Shown one piece after another: positions 16,391 to 25,195 of a stretch of 32,000 bases of DNA (position 1 is its first letter; every line of letters begins with the position of its first letter). The DNA lies in contig DAOVER010000015.1 of NCBI GenBank assembly GCA_030668875.1, forward strand, positions 1 through 32,000, written 5' to 3'. The translations under genes and the position numbers were made by a program. The notes under the pieces are model-generated. The model had not been told where the DNA came from. It saw nothing but the letters and a program-made list of their open reading frames with translations, and did no database searches. The stretch comes from Candidatus Heimdallarchaeota archaeon. Its GTDB lineage: Archaea > Asgardarchaeota > Heimdallarchaeia > Heimdallarchaeales > Heimdallarchaeaceae.

Positions 16391-18136
16391 CTAAGATTTA
16401 ATTAAAGTCTCAATCTCTTCTATTCTGTAGCATTTGCCATTTCTAAGTTGATAAACACAATCAACATGAGCAAGGCTTGAAAGTCTATGGGTAACAAGAA
16501 TAACAGTTTTATTCTTACATACCTCATTCAAAGTTTTTTGAATGGCATTCTCGTTCAGAGTATCTAAGTTAGAAACAGGTTCATCTAAAATTAGTATAGG
16601 GGTGTTTTTCATTAATGCTCTAGCAATAAGTATTCTCTGTTTTTCTCCACTAGATAATCTGTCCCCAATCTCTCCTATCTGTGTTTCATATCCTCTAGGC
16701 AATGTTTCAATGAAATCATGAATATAAACCATCTTTGCATATTTTATGATTTCATCCATACTTCCGCTAGGATTACCCAATTGTATATTTTCTTTAATTG
16801 TAGTATTGAATAAAAATGAGTCATAAGAGACAACAGCTATCATTTGATAGAGTGTTTTTTGGCAGATATTATTGATATTTCGCTTACCAATAATGATTTC
16901 ACCTGAATCTAAATTCCAAAAACGAAGTAATAACCTCAAAGAAGTACTTTTACCACACCCGCTTTCCCCTACAAGAGCAATAGTAGTTCCTTGTTGCACA
17001 CTCATACTAAAACCATCTAAAACATTCGATTCATTTGGGGAATACCTAAAACACACATTATTAAACTCAATATCATAATCTGAAGGGATTTTTGAAGAGC
17101 ATTCTGGAATGTCTTTAACAACAGGTTTTTCATCAATAATTCTGAATAATCTTTCTGCTGCAGCAAATGTTAAAGCTAAGTAATGAGAAACTGAACTTAC
17201 TGACAATAAAGGACCAAATGAACTGATAGCTATAGCAACAACTATTATTAGTCCCTGAATACTTAATATTCCAGCTTGAAATCCTATTACTGAAACAACA
17301 ACTATTACGATATCTGCAGTTAGAACAATTGCATTTATAATCCCTTTTAGAAAACCTTCAGCTGTAGAATATTTTCCCTTAGCTTTGTTCAATACTAATC
17401 CTTTGTTAGCAATTTCTTCCTTTCTTTTCTTACCATAGTTAAAAAGAAGGATAGTTTTCAATCCTTGTAATGAATCAGTTAAATGAGCGTTATTTTCTCC
17501 AAGGATAGCTTGAATTGTTTGCCCCCTACTTCTAACAATGCGCTCCCAAATAAGAGGAATGATCATTCCTAAAACAAACTGGAAAGGCAATATTACTAGA
17601 GCAATAATACCCCACCATGATGATAGAAAAATAGTTACTGTCAAAGATACTATAGCTGCAATTACAACTGGTGAGATTGTATGAGCAAAAAAAACTTCAA
17701 TTAGTTCTATATCTCCCGAAATAGTTGAAATTATGTCACCACTACGTTTGTTTATTAGCTTTGCTGGAGCTAATGGCTCTAATTTCTTGTAAAGTTTTGT
17801 ACGTAAATTTGCTAATAAACGGAAAGCTACATTATGATTTTCTGCTTGCTCTAGATATGAACTAAAGGATTTAATTAGTGCAAATATAAAAAGTAAAACT
17901 ATTTCCCAAACTGCAGGAGAAGTCTTCAAAACAAATATTTTAGAAATTAACCAAGCTCCCCAACCGATAAGAGCAATGTTAGATAGATTGTTCAAAATAC
18001 CAAAAATAGTTGCAATGGTCATTGGAACAAAGAGTGGTTTAGCCATTCTAAGCAATCTTATAATAATTTGAAATCTGGACATATCTTTTTTACACAAAAC
18101 AGGAGCTGAAGCTTTTTGATACATCATTCTGTGCAT
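16391..18136 (-). CDS. CydC-like ABC transporter half (TMD+NBD)
   Basis: DIELIEVFFAHTISP, Walker A GESGCGKS, signature LSSGEKQR, LILDEP, VTHRL. Confidence 0.85.
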   Translation of the reverse strand: MHRMMYQKASAPVLCKKDMSRFQIIIRLLRMAKPLFVPMTIATIFGILNNLSNIALIGWGAWLISKIFVLKTSPAVWEIVLLFIFALIKSFSSYLEQAENHNVAFRLLANLRTKLYKKLEPLAPAKLINKRSGDIISTISGDIELIEVFFAHTISPVVIAAIVSLTVTIFLSSWWGIIALVILPFQFVLGMIIPLIWERIVRSRGQTIQAILGENNAHLTDSLQGLKTILLFNYGKKRKEEIANKGLVLNKAKGKYSTAEGFLKGIINAIVLTADIVIVVVSVIGFQAGILSIQGLIIVVAIAISSFGPLLSVSSVSHYLALTFAAAERLFRIIDEKPVVKDIPECSSKIPSDYDIEFNNVCFRYSPNESNVLDGFSMSVQQGTTIALVGESGCGKSTSLRLLLRFWNLDSGEIIIGKRNINNICQKTLYQMIAVVSYDSFLFNTTIKENIQLGNPSGSMDEIIKYAKMVYIHDFIETLPRGYETQIGEIGDRLSSGEKQRILIARALMKNTPILILDEPVSNLDTLNENAIQKTLNEVCKNKTVILVTHRLSSLAHVDCVYQLRNGKCYRIEEIETLIKS

Positions 18137-19968
18137 CCCCTATCTTTGCTTCCTCTTCTGTCTCTTGGTTTTCTTGCTGATCCTCCTCCACTAACCGTTG
18201 CATAAATCTTTATCATCTCTTCTTTAACATCTGCAGATTCATGTTCTAGTTGATGATGAACAAGATTAACATAAACACTATTTTTTTCCATTAGTTCTTC
18301 ATGAGTTCCCTCTTCTGAAATAATTCCATTATTAAGAACAATTATTTTATCAGAATCTCTTATTGTACTTAATCGATGTGCTATAATGATTGTTGTTTTA
18401 TTTTTAGAGATTTCCTTTATGGTTTCAATGATTTTAGCTTCATTCTCTCTATCAACATCTGCAGTTGGTTCATCAAGAATTAGAATGGGAGTATCCTTCA
18501 ACAATGCTCTCGCTATACCAAATCTTTGAATTTGACCTGCAGATATGTTTTTCGCATGTTCAACAAGTGAGGAATCTAATCCATTGGGAAGTGATTTAAT
18601 GAAGCAATCAATTCCTGCTTTCTTACAAACTACATATAATTCTTCCTCCGTTGATTCAGGTCTGGCTATAAGTAAGTTTTCTCTAATGGTTCCATGAAAC
18701 AAGTATGTTCTTTGGGAAACCATTGCAATATGTTTCCTTATATTGTTTCTACTTATATTTTCTATATCGTGTTTATCTATGTATATCTGTCCTGAAGTAG
18801 GTTCACACAGTTTTACTATTAAATTGGCAATTGTAGATTTTCCTGAGCCACTAATACCAACTATTGCTGTTATTTGATCAGTTTTCGCAATAAAATTTAC
18901 ACCTTTCAAAACTTGAGGAGTATCAGTTGTGTATGTGAAGTTAACATCACAGAATTCTATATCAAAATTGTCGTTTGAAGATAACATGCTGAAAGGTTTG
19001 CTTTTTTCCAACTTGGTCTTTTGATCGAGAATTTCAAAGATTGATTTAGAAGCTGATATCCCATTCATTGCAACATGGAAAGCAGAACCTAACCTACGTA
19101 AAGGTCTGAACATTTCATAAGATAGAAACAAGACAACAATCGCTCCTGCGAGTGTAATTAAATGAGTGGAAAGATAGGTTATGGCTAATGTGATTCCTAA
19201 AGCAGTTCCCATTAAAGCTATTATATCCATTGTCAATATAGAAACAAGATTAGTGTACAGAAGCTTCATAGTTCTATTACGAAATTCCCAGCTTCTTGTC
19301 CTAATTGTGTTTGTCCTTTGTTCAACTAAATTAAATAGTTTCAAAGTTGTAATCCCTTGTATGGAATCTAAGTACAAACTATTCAAATCCTCATATGTGC
19401 TCCAGTGCATCCTTGAAACATGTCTAATCCAAGCTTGAACAGCACCAACACACAGGGGAATAAGTGGTACTCCTAGAACTAAAGCAAGAGCTATTGTTGG
19501 TTGATATATGCGCAAATAAAAGTATAATCCAAATGGAATTAAGATACTTAAGAATATTTGAGGAAGAAATAACCCAAAGAAGACCTCTAGAGCTTCAACT
19601 CCTTCGATAGAAGTTGTAATGAGTCCACCAGTTTTTTTAATATCTTTATAACTCATTTCAAGATCTAATAATTTGGAATAAATCTTTTCACGCACATTGA
19701 TCTTAATTTTCGCTGAAATTTTGAACGTTATTTTATTAGAAAAAAGTGAAAAAACAAGTCTTAATACTGAAGCAGAAATCATCACACTAATGTTCAAAAT
19801 AAACCAAGAGTCTTTGATCGAATTATTTGTAACAACCATAAATATAGTATGTGCTACTCTATCGATTACAACAACACTAGTACTAACTATTAAGATATCA
19901 CAAAGGGTTTTAATTAGTACTAAACTGGTTTGAACCTTATCTAAAGAAAAAAAAATGTTCCTTCTCAT
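18124..19968 (-). CDS. CydD-like ABC transporter half (TMD+NBD)
   Basis: EGVEALEVFFGLFLPQ, Walker A GISGSGKS, ISAGQIQR, LILDEP, IAHRL. Overlaps the partner gene by 13 bp. AGGAGA SD upstream. Confidence 0.85.
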   Translation of the reverse strand: MRRNIFFSLDKVQTSLVLIKTLCDILIVSTSVVVIDRVAHTIFMVVTNNSIKDSWFILNISVMISASVLRLVFSLFSNKITFKISAKIKINVREKIYSKLLDLEMSYKDIKKTGGLITTSIEGVEALEVFFGLFLPQIFLSILIPFGLYFYLRIYQPTIALALVLGVPLIPLCVGAVQAWIRHVSRMHWSTYEDLNSLYLDSIQGITTLKLFNLVEQRTNTIRTRSWEFRNRTMKLLYTNLVSILTMDIIALMGTALGITLAITYLSTHLITLAGAIVVLFLSYEMFRPLRRLGSAFHVAMNGISASKSIFEILDQKTKLEKSKPFSMLSSNDNFDIEFCDVNFTYTTDTPQVLKGVNFIAKTDQITAIVGISGSGKSTIANLIVKLCEPTSGQIYIDKHDIENISRNNIRKHIAMVSQRTYLFHGTIRENLLIARPESTEEELYVVCKKAGIDCFIKSLPNGLDSSLVEHAKNISAGQIQRFGIARALLKDTPILILDEPTADVDRENEAKIIETIKEISKNKTTIIIAHRLSTIRDSDKIIVLNNGIISEEGTHEELMEKNSVYVNLVHHQLEHESADVKEEMIKIYATVSGGGSARKPRDRRGSKDRGCTE

Positions 19969-19970
19969 AG

Positions 19971-21236
19971 TTAATCTCCTTTCATTAGAGTTTTCATAGC
20001 ATGCGGGTCAGGTTTTTCGAATATTTTTACGTGATATTTGTATATAATAATTACACAAACAACAACTAAACCTAGGAATTCAATGATTCCTGCAATTATG
20101 AATGCTATTACATAATTTTCTGTATTAACAAGTGCTCCACCTATTAAGGGTCCAATTATAATTCCTAAATTTCCTACGAAATTGAAAAAACCCATTCCCA
20201 TCGCTCGATCTTCCTTTCTAATACAATCTCCCACTAAAGCCATGTTTGGTGGAGAAGTGATACCAGAAAAAGTACCTAAAACAAATAGAATAGCGACTAA
20301 GCTTATAAAGCCAAATGAACTAGCAAAACCTACAAAACACATGATGATTCCATAGAAAAAGCTTCCAATGACGAGAGGTTTGAAACGACCTATTTTATCA
20401 CTGAGTTTACCAATAGGGTATTGAAGAAGAATGAAGGGAAGAGCAAAAATACCTAAAGCCATCCCTCTTTTGCTTGGATCTAAACCTAGAACATCAAGAA
20501 TTAATAAAGGTAGAGCGAATAATATAAATCCCATGTGCAATCTGTCAATAAAATTGAAGATACTTGGAATGACAAGTTTGGGATTGTTTTTGACAATTGA
20601 AAGGTTTTGAATAATTGAAGGATTTCTATTAAGGTTTTGTGGTTCTCTTAGAATAACTAAGGCAACAATGAGAACTAAAGCATTCAGAATAACAGCTATA
20701 TAATAGGGAATGAAAATACCTTGTACAGCAAGGAAACCACCAAGCATAGGACCAAGACCCATGGCAAGTGAAAGGAAAACTCCATAAATCCCCATGTTTC
20801 TACCACGGGATTGAGGAGAGGATAAGTCTAATATCAATGTCATAAAGGTCTGCCAGGACAGAACAATGAATGAACCTTGAAAAAAGCGAAAGGTCAACAA
20901 AACAGGATAGTTTGGAGCAATTGTTAACAACCAAGAAAAGAGAGAGGCACCTATACTACCTACTACAATAAATAATTTGCGTTTACCATAACGATCAGAC
21001 AATATTCCAGTGATTATTCCAACAGTTAAATATGAAATATAGATGATTGTGTCATAGAAGGATATCTGGAAATTAGAAATAGAAGGATAAATAAGTTGAA
21101 TAAACTCTTTCTCGTTTGTATGTAAGATACCAACTGAGGTAATTGCAAACATAGCTAGTAATCCGAGTAACAAAACCTGAACAGTATTGTTTTGATTTTT
21201 ATTGTCGTCTATGTCCTTAATACTTTCATAATCCAT
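19971..21236 (-). CDS. Major facilitator superfamily transporter
   Basis: Motif A GILSDRYGKRK and GKLSDKIGRFK, two repeated TM halves. Start placed at the MDYES ATG (21236) rather than the track start 21332, which would overlap the upstream ORF. Confidence 0.88.
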   Translation of the reverse strand: MDYESIKDIDDNKNQNNTVQVLLLGLLAMFAITSVGILHTNEKEFIQLIYPSISNFQISFYDTIIYISYLTVGIITGILSDRYGKRKLFIVVGSIGASLFSWLLTIAPNYPVLLTFRFFQGSFIVLSWQTFMTLILDLSSPQSRGRNMGIYGVFLSLAMGLGPMLGGFLAVQGIFIPYYIAVILNALVLIVALVILREPQNLNRNPSIIQNLSIVKNNPKLVIPSIFNFIDRLHMGFILFALPLLILDVLGLDPSKRGMALGIFALPFILLQYPIGKLSDKIGRFKPLVIGSFFYGIIMCFVGFASSFGFISLVAILFVLGTFSGITSPPNMALVGDCIRKEDRAMGMGFFNFVGNLGIIIGPLIGGALVNTENYVIAFIIAGIIEFLGLVVVCVIIIYKYHVKIFEKPDPHAMKTLMKGD

Positions 21237-21435
21237 TTGAATTAACCACCAATAATTTATTTGTTCTATCAGACAAAAGATATGCTGAAACATTTGTATC
21301 ATAAATCGAATACAGTTCTTCATATATTTCACCAGCGGGTGTTGGATACCACATTGGTTGAAATTTTAAGAAAACGACAATTGTGAGGCTAATAATAATA
21401 ACAATTATTTTTAGTAGTATATAGATAGCTCTCAT
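21226..21435 (-). CDS. Small (69 aa) N-terminally membrane-anchored protein, unknown function
   Basis: GAGGT SD about 10 nt before the ATG, N-terminal hydrophobic helix, 11-bp overlap with the MFS start. Confidence 0.5.
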   Translation of the reverse strand: MRAIYILLKIIVIIISLTIVVFLKFQPMWYPTPAGEIYEELYSIYDTNVSAYLLSDRTNKLLVVNSNGL

Positions 21436-21566
21436 TTTTTAATTACCTCTAGTATTTGTAGAAAAACTGTTATTTCTTCGTTTGTACAATTTCTTCATTA
21501 CACAGTATATTTTCAGTAGTTTCTTTGATTATGGGTGTCTCTAGTCAGATAAACTTCTTATTCTAT

Positions 21567-21899
21567 TCAAATAAGCAACCTTTGTTGTTTTGCAGCTAAA
21601 TGCTCTATAGCTCTTTTTCCCTTTGAAGTTAATATTAAGATTTGATTATCATTCTCAATAAAGGAGCAATTATTAGAGAATGGGCACAGGTTACAAGAAA
21701 GTGATGACAAGCCTTTACTTGATGAGCGATTATCTAGAATTGATTTTTGCTTATCAACATGTTGTTTTTGAAGGTATCCAACAGTTATACAATGATCGAG
21801 TTTAGAATGTAATAAACCAATATCTATGTTTAGTTTTTCTGCAGACTGTTGAACTGTTGTAACCCCTTCATTAATCGCACTTAACACTTCTAATAGCAA
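21567..21899 (-). CDS. FeoC-like winged-helix protein with CxxCPxxxxC motif
   Basis: wHTH-like N-terminus (..AEKLNID..L...GYL), SCNLCPFSNNC, LTSKG wing. GGTGAG SD. Located in the feo operon. Confidence 0.7.
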   Translation of the reverse strand: MLLEVLSAINEGVTTVQQSAEKLNIDIGLLHSKLDHCITVGYLQKQHVDKQKSILDNRSSSKGLSSLSCNLCPFSNNCSFIENDNQILILTSKGKRAIEHLAAKQQRLLI

Positions 21900-21929
21900 T
21901 ATTAACTCACCATTCCTTTATCATTATAT

Positions 21930-22421
21930 CTAACTTTGTAGGACTATTGTCTTTTTCTTTCTAGTAAATATAACTTCTCTATATTTCATAATAAAGAATA
22001 TAGGAATTGGGGATAGAAAGATAATCCATCGCAAACTAGCTAAGATTGTCCAATCTTCATAATCCTCTAGTCCCAAAGCATATGCATTGAAGATATCAGT
22101 TAATAGAATCAAAATGAACAAGAGTATGAATCCTAATGCAATTACGGTACCCACAGAAAGGTATCCATTAGCATTTTGACCTTTTCTAGTTACAAAATAA
22201 CCAACTAACCATATCAAACCAATGAGAAGAACTGCTAATCCAGGAAAAATTCCTGGTGGGAAAGGTATTGCATTAACCCAATGTTCTTCTAGTTCTTTTG
22301 AATCAGTATATATCTTAATAGCTCCTAGTATGATTTCAGCTAGAGCTGTAATTAAGAAAATAAGACTACCTACAAGTAAGGATGTTTTCATATTGTCTGA
22401 AGTATTCTTTGAATTTTCCAT
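21930..22421 (-). CDS. Four-TM hypothetical membrane protein in the feo operon
   Basis: Four hydrophobic segments, PFPPGIFPG motif. ATG 22421 has a GGTGAT SD that overlaps the feoB stop and the track's GTG start at 22430. Confidence 0.75.
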   Translation of the reverse strand: MENSKNTSDNMKTSLLVGSLIFLITALAEIILGAIKIYTDSKELEEHWVNAIPFPPGIFPGLAVLLIGLIWLVGYFVTRKGQNANGYLSVGTVIALGFILLFILILLTDIFNAYALGLEDYEDWTILASLRWIIFLSPIPIFFIMKYREVIFTRKKKTIVLQS

Positions 22422-22430
22422 TTTTATCAC

Positions 22431-24473
22431 CTATAATCCAAATCCCATTAGAGATCCTATTTGAAAAACTGCGAAAGCGAACAACCAAGCGATAACAGTA
22501 CTATAAACTATTGAGAAGATTGTCCACCTCCAACTACCTGTTTCTTTTTTCATTACACCCACAACTGCTGCACAGGGGACATACAGTAGAGTGAAAACCA
22601 TTAAACTCAAAGAATTTAAGGCATAGAAACCCCCATCAGCTAAAATAGCAGATTTAATACCTTCTTCACTTTCACCACCACCGACAATGGTTCCTAATGA
22701 GCCTATTACTAGTTCTTTAGCAATAAAACCAACAATTAAGGCAACAACTATCCTCCAGTCGAATCCAAGTGGTTTAAAGATGGGTTCAAAGAATGTACCA
22801 ACAGCTGCAAGCCATGTATCTGGGCCACCATACTCCACTCCACCAAAAGGCATTGCTGCTAAAAACCACACAAAGACGACACCTATCAGAATTATTGTTC
22901 CTGCTTTCTTCAGGTACATTTTTCCTTTATCCCACATTGCAATTGTAGCTGCTTTTAGTTTTGGTGAGTGGTATGTAGGTAATTCCATAATAAATGGAGC
23001 AGATTTGCCTTTGAAGAATGTCTTTCTTAAAAGAACTGCAGTAAGAATTGCAACAGCTATTCCCAAAACGTATAAAGCAAAAATTACTGTTCCTGCTGAT
23101 GCACCAAAAAATAATCCTGCAAACAAGATAAATACTGGCATTCTTGCACCACAAGACATGAATGGATTTATCAATATTGTAATCATCCTATCTTTTTTAT
23201 CCTTTAAAGCCCTTGTACTCATGATTGCTGGTACATTGCATCCAAAACCTAATAACATCGGAATGAATGAATGACCATGTAAACCAAACTTCACCATTAA
23301 TTTATCCATAACAAATGCTGCACGAGCTAAATAGCCTGAGTCTTCTAGAATTGATAATATGAAAAACATTGTGAAAATGGGAGGTACAAAAATCAATACC
23401 GAACCTACACCTCCAACAATCCCATCACCTAGTAAAGAACCTAACCATTCAATTTGGATATTATCTACTAAAAGTCCCGCTAACCAGCCAAAAAGCATAT
23501 CTATCAATTCCATAAATGGAACTGAAATAGCAAAAACAAATTGAAATGAACCCCACATAATCAAAAGAAAGATTGGTATTCCAAGCCATTTGTGGGTAAC
23601 AACTTTATCTATTAAATCAGAACGGGTTAATTTAGTTTCACCCTTCTTCCAAACCTTTGAGGTAACTTTAGAAATATACTCGTACTTTGAATCAATTATT
23701 TCAGCCTCATAATCTTCTTTACCGAAAGAAGTTAGCTCTCCAATAACAGTATCTTTAACATTCCAACGCTTCAGAAGTGTAGGAATCTCTGTGCTATTTT
23801 GGAGAATTTGTATAGCTAACCATCTCAATTTAAAATTAGTGGGAATTGAAGGTATTGTTGCAAGCATATTTTGAATTTTTGAAAGTGTCTCTTCAACTTC
23901 CTTCGAATATCTAATTCCCATGGGTTTTTGATCCTCTTGATAAACAGCTTCAATTGCGTTTTCAAGATCATCAACACCTATTTTTTTGTTAGCAATCATG
24001 GGGATAATTGGAATATGTAGTTCTTTTGAGAGTTTTTGAACATCAATTGAGGAACCATCCTTTTCTAATAAGTCCATCATGTTTAAAGCTATAATTACTC
24101 TAGCACCTAACTCTTTTATCATGGAAGTTAAATAGAGATTACGTTCTAAATTCGATGCATCCACTATTTGTACAACAATCTCTGGAGTATCATGAACTAT
24201 AAAATCTCTTGCGATTTGTTCATCTAAGGAAGACGCAGACAAAGAATAAGTACCGGGTAAATCAGTAATAGAGAGTTCAAAATTGTTGAAACTTCTTTTA
24301 CCCTCCTTTTTCTCAACAGTAACACCTGGCCAATTTCCAATTTTCTGCTTTAAACCTGTTAAAGCATTAAAGAGAGTGCTCTTTCCAGTATTAGGATTAC
24401 CTATTAATGCAATATTAATTGAAATTTTACTGCCATCAGAAATATCTTTTATGTTTTTAGTTTTAATAGTCAT
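22431..24473 (-). CDS. feoB: Ferrous iron transporter FeoB
   Basis: G1 GNPNTGKST, NWPGVTVE, DLPGTYS, NMMD, gate motifs GFGCNVPA, PFMSCGAR, YVPC. Confidence 0.97.
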   Translation of the reverse strand: MTIKTKNIKDISDGSKISINIALIGNPNTGKSTLFNALTGLKQKIGNWPGVTVEKKEGKRSFNNFELSITDLPGTYSLSASSLDEQIARDFIVHDTPEIVVQIVDASNLERNLYLTSMIKELGARVIIALNMMDLLEKDGSSIDVQKLSKELHIPIIPMIANKKIGVDDLENAIEAVYQEDQKPMGIRYSKEVEETLSKIQNMLATIPSIPTNFKLRWLAIQILQNSTEIPTLLKRWNVKDTVIGELTSFGKEDYEAEIIDSKYEYISKVTSKVWKKGETKLTRSDLIDKVVTHKWLGIPIFLLIMWGSFQFVFAISVPFMELIDMLFGWLAGLLVDNIQIEWLGSLLGDGIVGGVGSVLIFVPPIFTMFFILSILEDSGYLARAAFVMDKLMVKFGLHGHSFIPMLLGFGCNVPAIMSTRALKDKKDRMITILINPFMSCGARMPVFILFAGLFFGASAGTVIFALYVLGIAVAILTAVLLRKTFFKGKSAPFIMELPTYHSPKLKAATIAMWDKGKMYLKKAGTIILIGVVFVWFLAAMPFGGVEYGGPDTWLAAVGTFFEPIFKPLGFDWRIVVALIVGFIAKELVIGSLGTIVGGGESEEGIKSAILADGGFYALNSLSLMVFTLLYVPCAAVVGVMKKETGSWRWTIFSIVYSTVIAWLFAFAVFQIGSLMGFGL

Positions 24474-24751
24474 TTATTCACCTTTCCGTTAATTAATCTT
24501 GTAAGTATTTTCGCTGAAATCCCTCTCCCTAAAGCAAAACGAGTCTGTCCTATAGCAATAATAACAGGACCAAAGGAATTTTTGATGATTGTAACATCTA
24601 TCCCTTTACGAAGACCCATCTCTATAATACGATTGCGGATACGAGAACCACCAATAATGGAAACGATTCTTACTTTCTTACCTTCAGATACAAATCCGAG
24701 GGGAACAAGAGTTTCATCGCTCATAGTTTTAATAACATCCTTGGTTAACAT
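24470..24751 (-). CDS. feoA: FeoA family protein (second copy)
   Basis: RIIEMGLRKG..V..GPVII..TRFALGRG. ATGA overlap with feoB. An alternative start at ATG 24724 is possible. Confidence 0.9.
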   Translation of the reverse strand: MLTKDVIKTMSDETLVPLGFVSEGKKVRIVSIIGGSRIRNRIIEMGLRKGIDVTIIKNSFGPVIIAIGQTRFALGRGISAKILTRLINGKVNK

Positions 24752-24981
24752 TCAACAATCACTTTGCTTGCTTCTTCCTTCCGAAGAGTCAAATTGTAAT
24801 TTCTAAATTTGTACTCAATTGGATCGCCAAGAGGTGCCTTTCCAATTACTCTGATCTCTGTATTTCTTGTTAAGCCCATTTCCATGAGTCTGCGTCTTAA
24901 ATCTCCTGATATGCTAATTTTTACCACCTTAGCTACTTCTCCAACTTCTAGTTGATCCAATGTTATTTCTTTGTTAGTCAA
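24745..24981 (-). CDS. feoA: FeoA family protein (first copy)
   Basis: RRLMEMGL..T.I......PLGDPIEY....Y.LTLRKEEA. TTG start with AAGTGAT SD-like sequence. Confidence 0.92.
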   Translation of the reverse strand: MTNKEITLDQLEVGEVAKVVKISISGDLRRRLMEMGLTRNTEIRVIGKAPLGDPIEYKFRNYNLTLRKEEASKVIVEC

Positions 24982-24999
24982 TTAATCACTTCAATTAGT

Positions 25000-25045
25000 A
25001 TTATATTTCGGTTGACCAAAATTATATTTCGGTTGACCAAAATTA
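25000..25045. repeat. Perfect 21-bp tandem repeat ATTATATTTCGGTTGACCAAA x2 (+ATTA), creating two operator-like quasi-palindromes at 25005-25022 and 25026-25043
   Basis: Read directly. ATTTCGGTTGACCAAAAT pairs with its own reverse complement at 7 of 9 arm positions. Confidence 0.9.
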
Positions 25046-25048
25046 CAC

Positions 25049-25058
25049 TTATATTTAA
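25049..25058 (-). promoter_or_regulatory. TATA box of the feo operon (TTAAATATAA on the minus strand)
   Basis: 5 nt upstream of the first operator copy; A-rich BRE-like ACAAAAT just upstream on the minus strand. Confidence 0.6.
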
Positions 25059-25195
25059 GATTTTGTCTTGTTTTGAGTTATAAACCAAAAGAATTTAAAA
25101 TGTGCAAGAATTTGTTGATTACTAAGTAAAAAAATAACAATCTAATAAATAAACGAGCAATTCAACATTTATATGTTTGATTCTGGTGAACTTAT

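Noticed and set aside
19947-19955. A9 run (T9 on the coding strand) at codons 5-7 of the cydD-like gene, as a possible phase-variation or attenuation site
   Set aside because: The frame is intact and such runs are expected in a genome this AT-rich. No supporting evidence without read data.
21237-21332. 32-aa N-terminal extension of the MFS protein in the ORF track
   Set aside because: It overlaps the SD-bearing 69-aa ORF in another frame and has no MFS-like character; the ATG at 21236 is more plausible.
21476-21492. Weak resemblance (CTTCGTTTGTACAATTT) to the DtxR operator in the 131-bp gap of the feo operon
   Set aside because: Only about 11/17 matches, and it lacks the conserved GG and CC core.
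22687-23274. 195-aa + strand ORF inside feoB
   Set aside because: Antisense to a highly conserved membrane domain; long antisense ORFs are common opposite hydrophobic coding sequence.
25000-25045. Tandem repeat as a mini-CRISPR array
   Set aside because: The units are directly adjacent with no spacers, only 21 bp long, and there are no cas genes.
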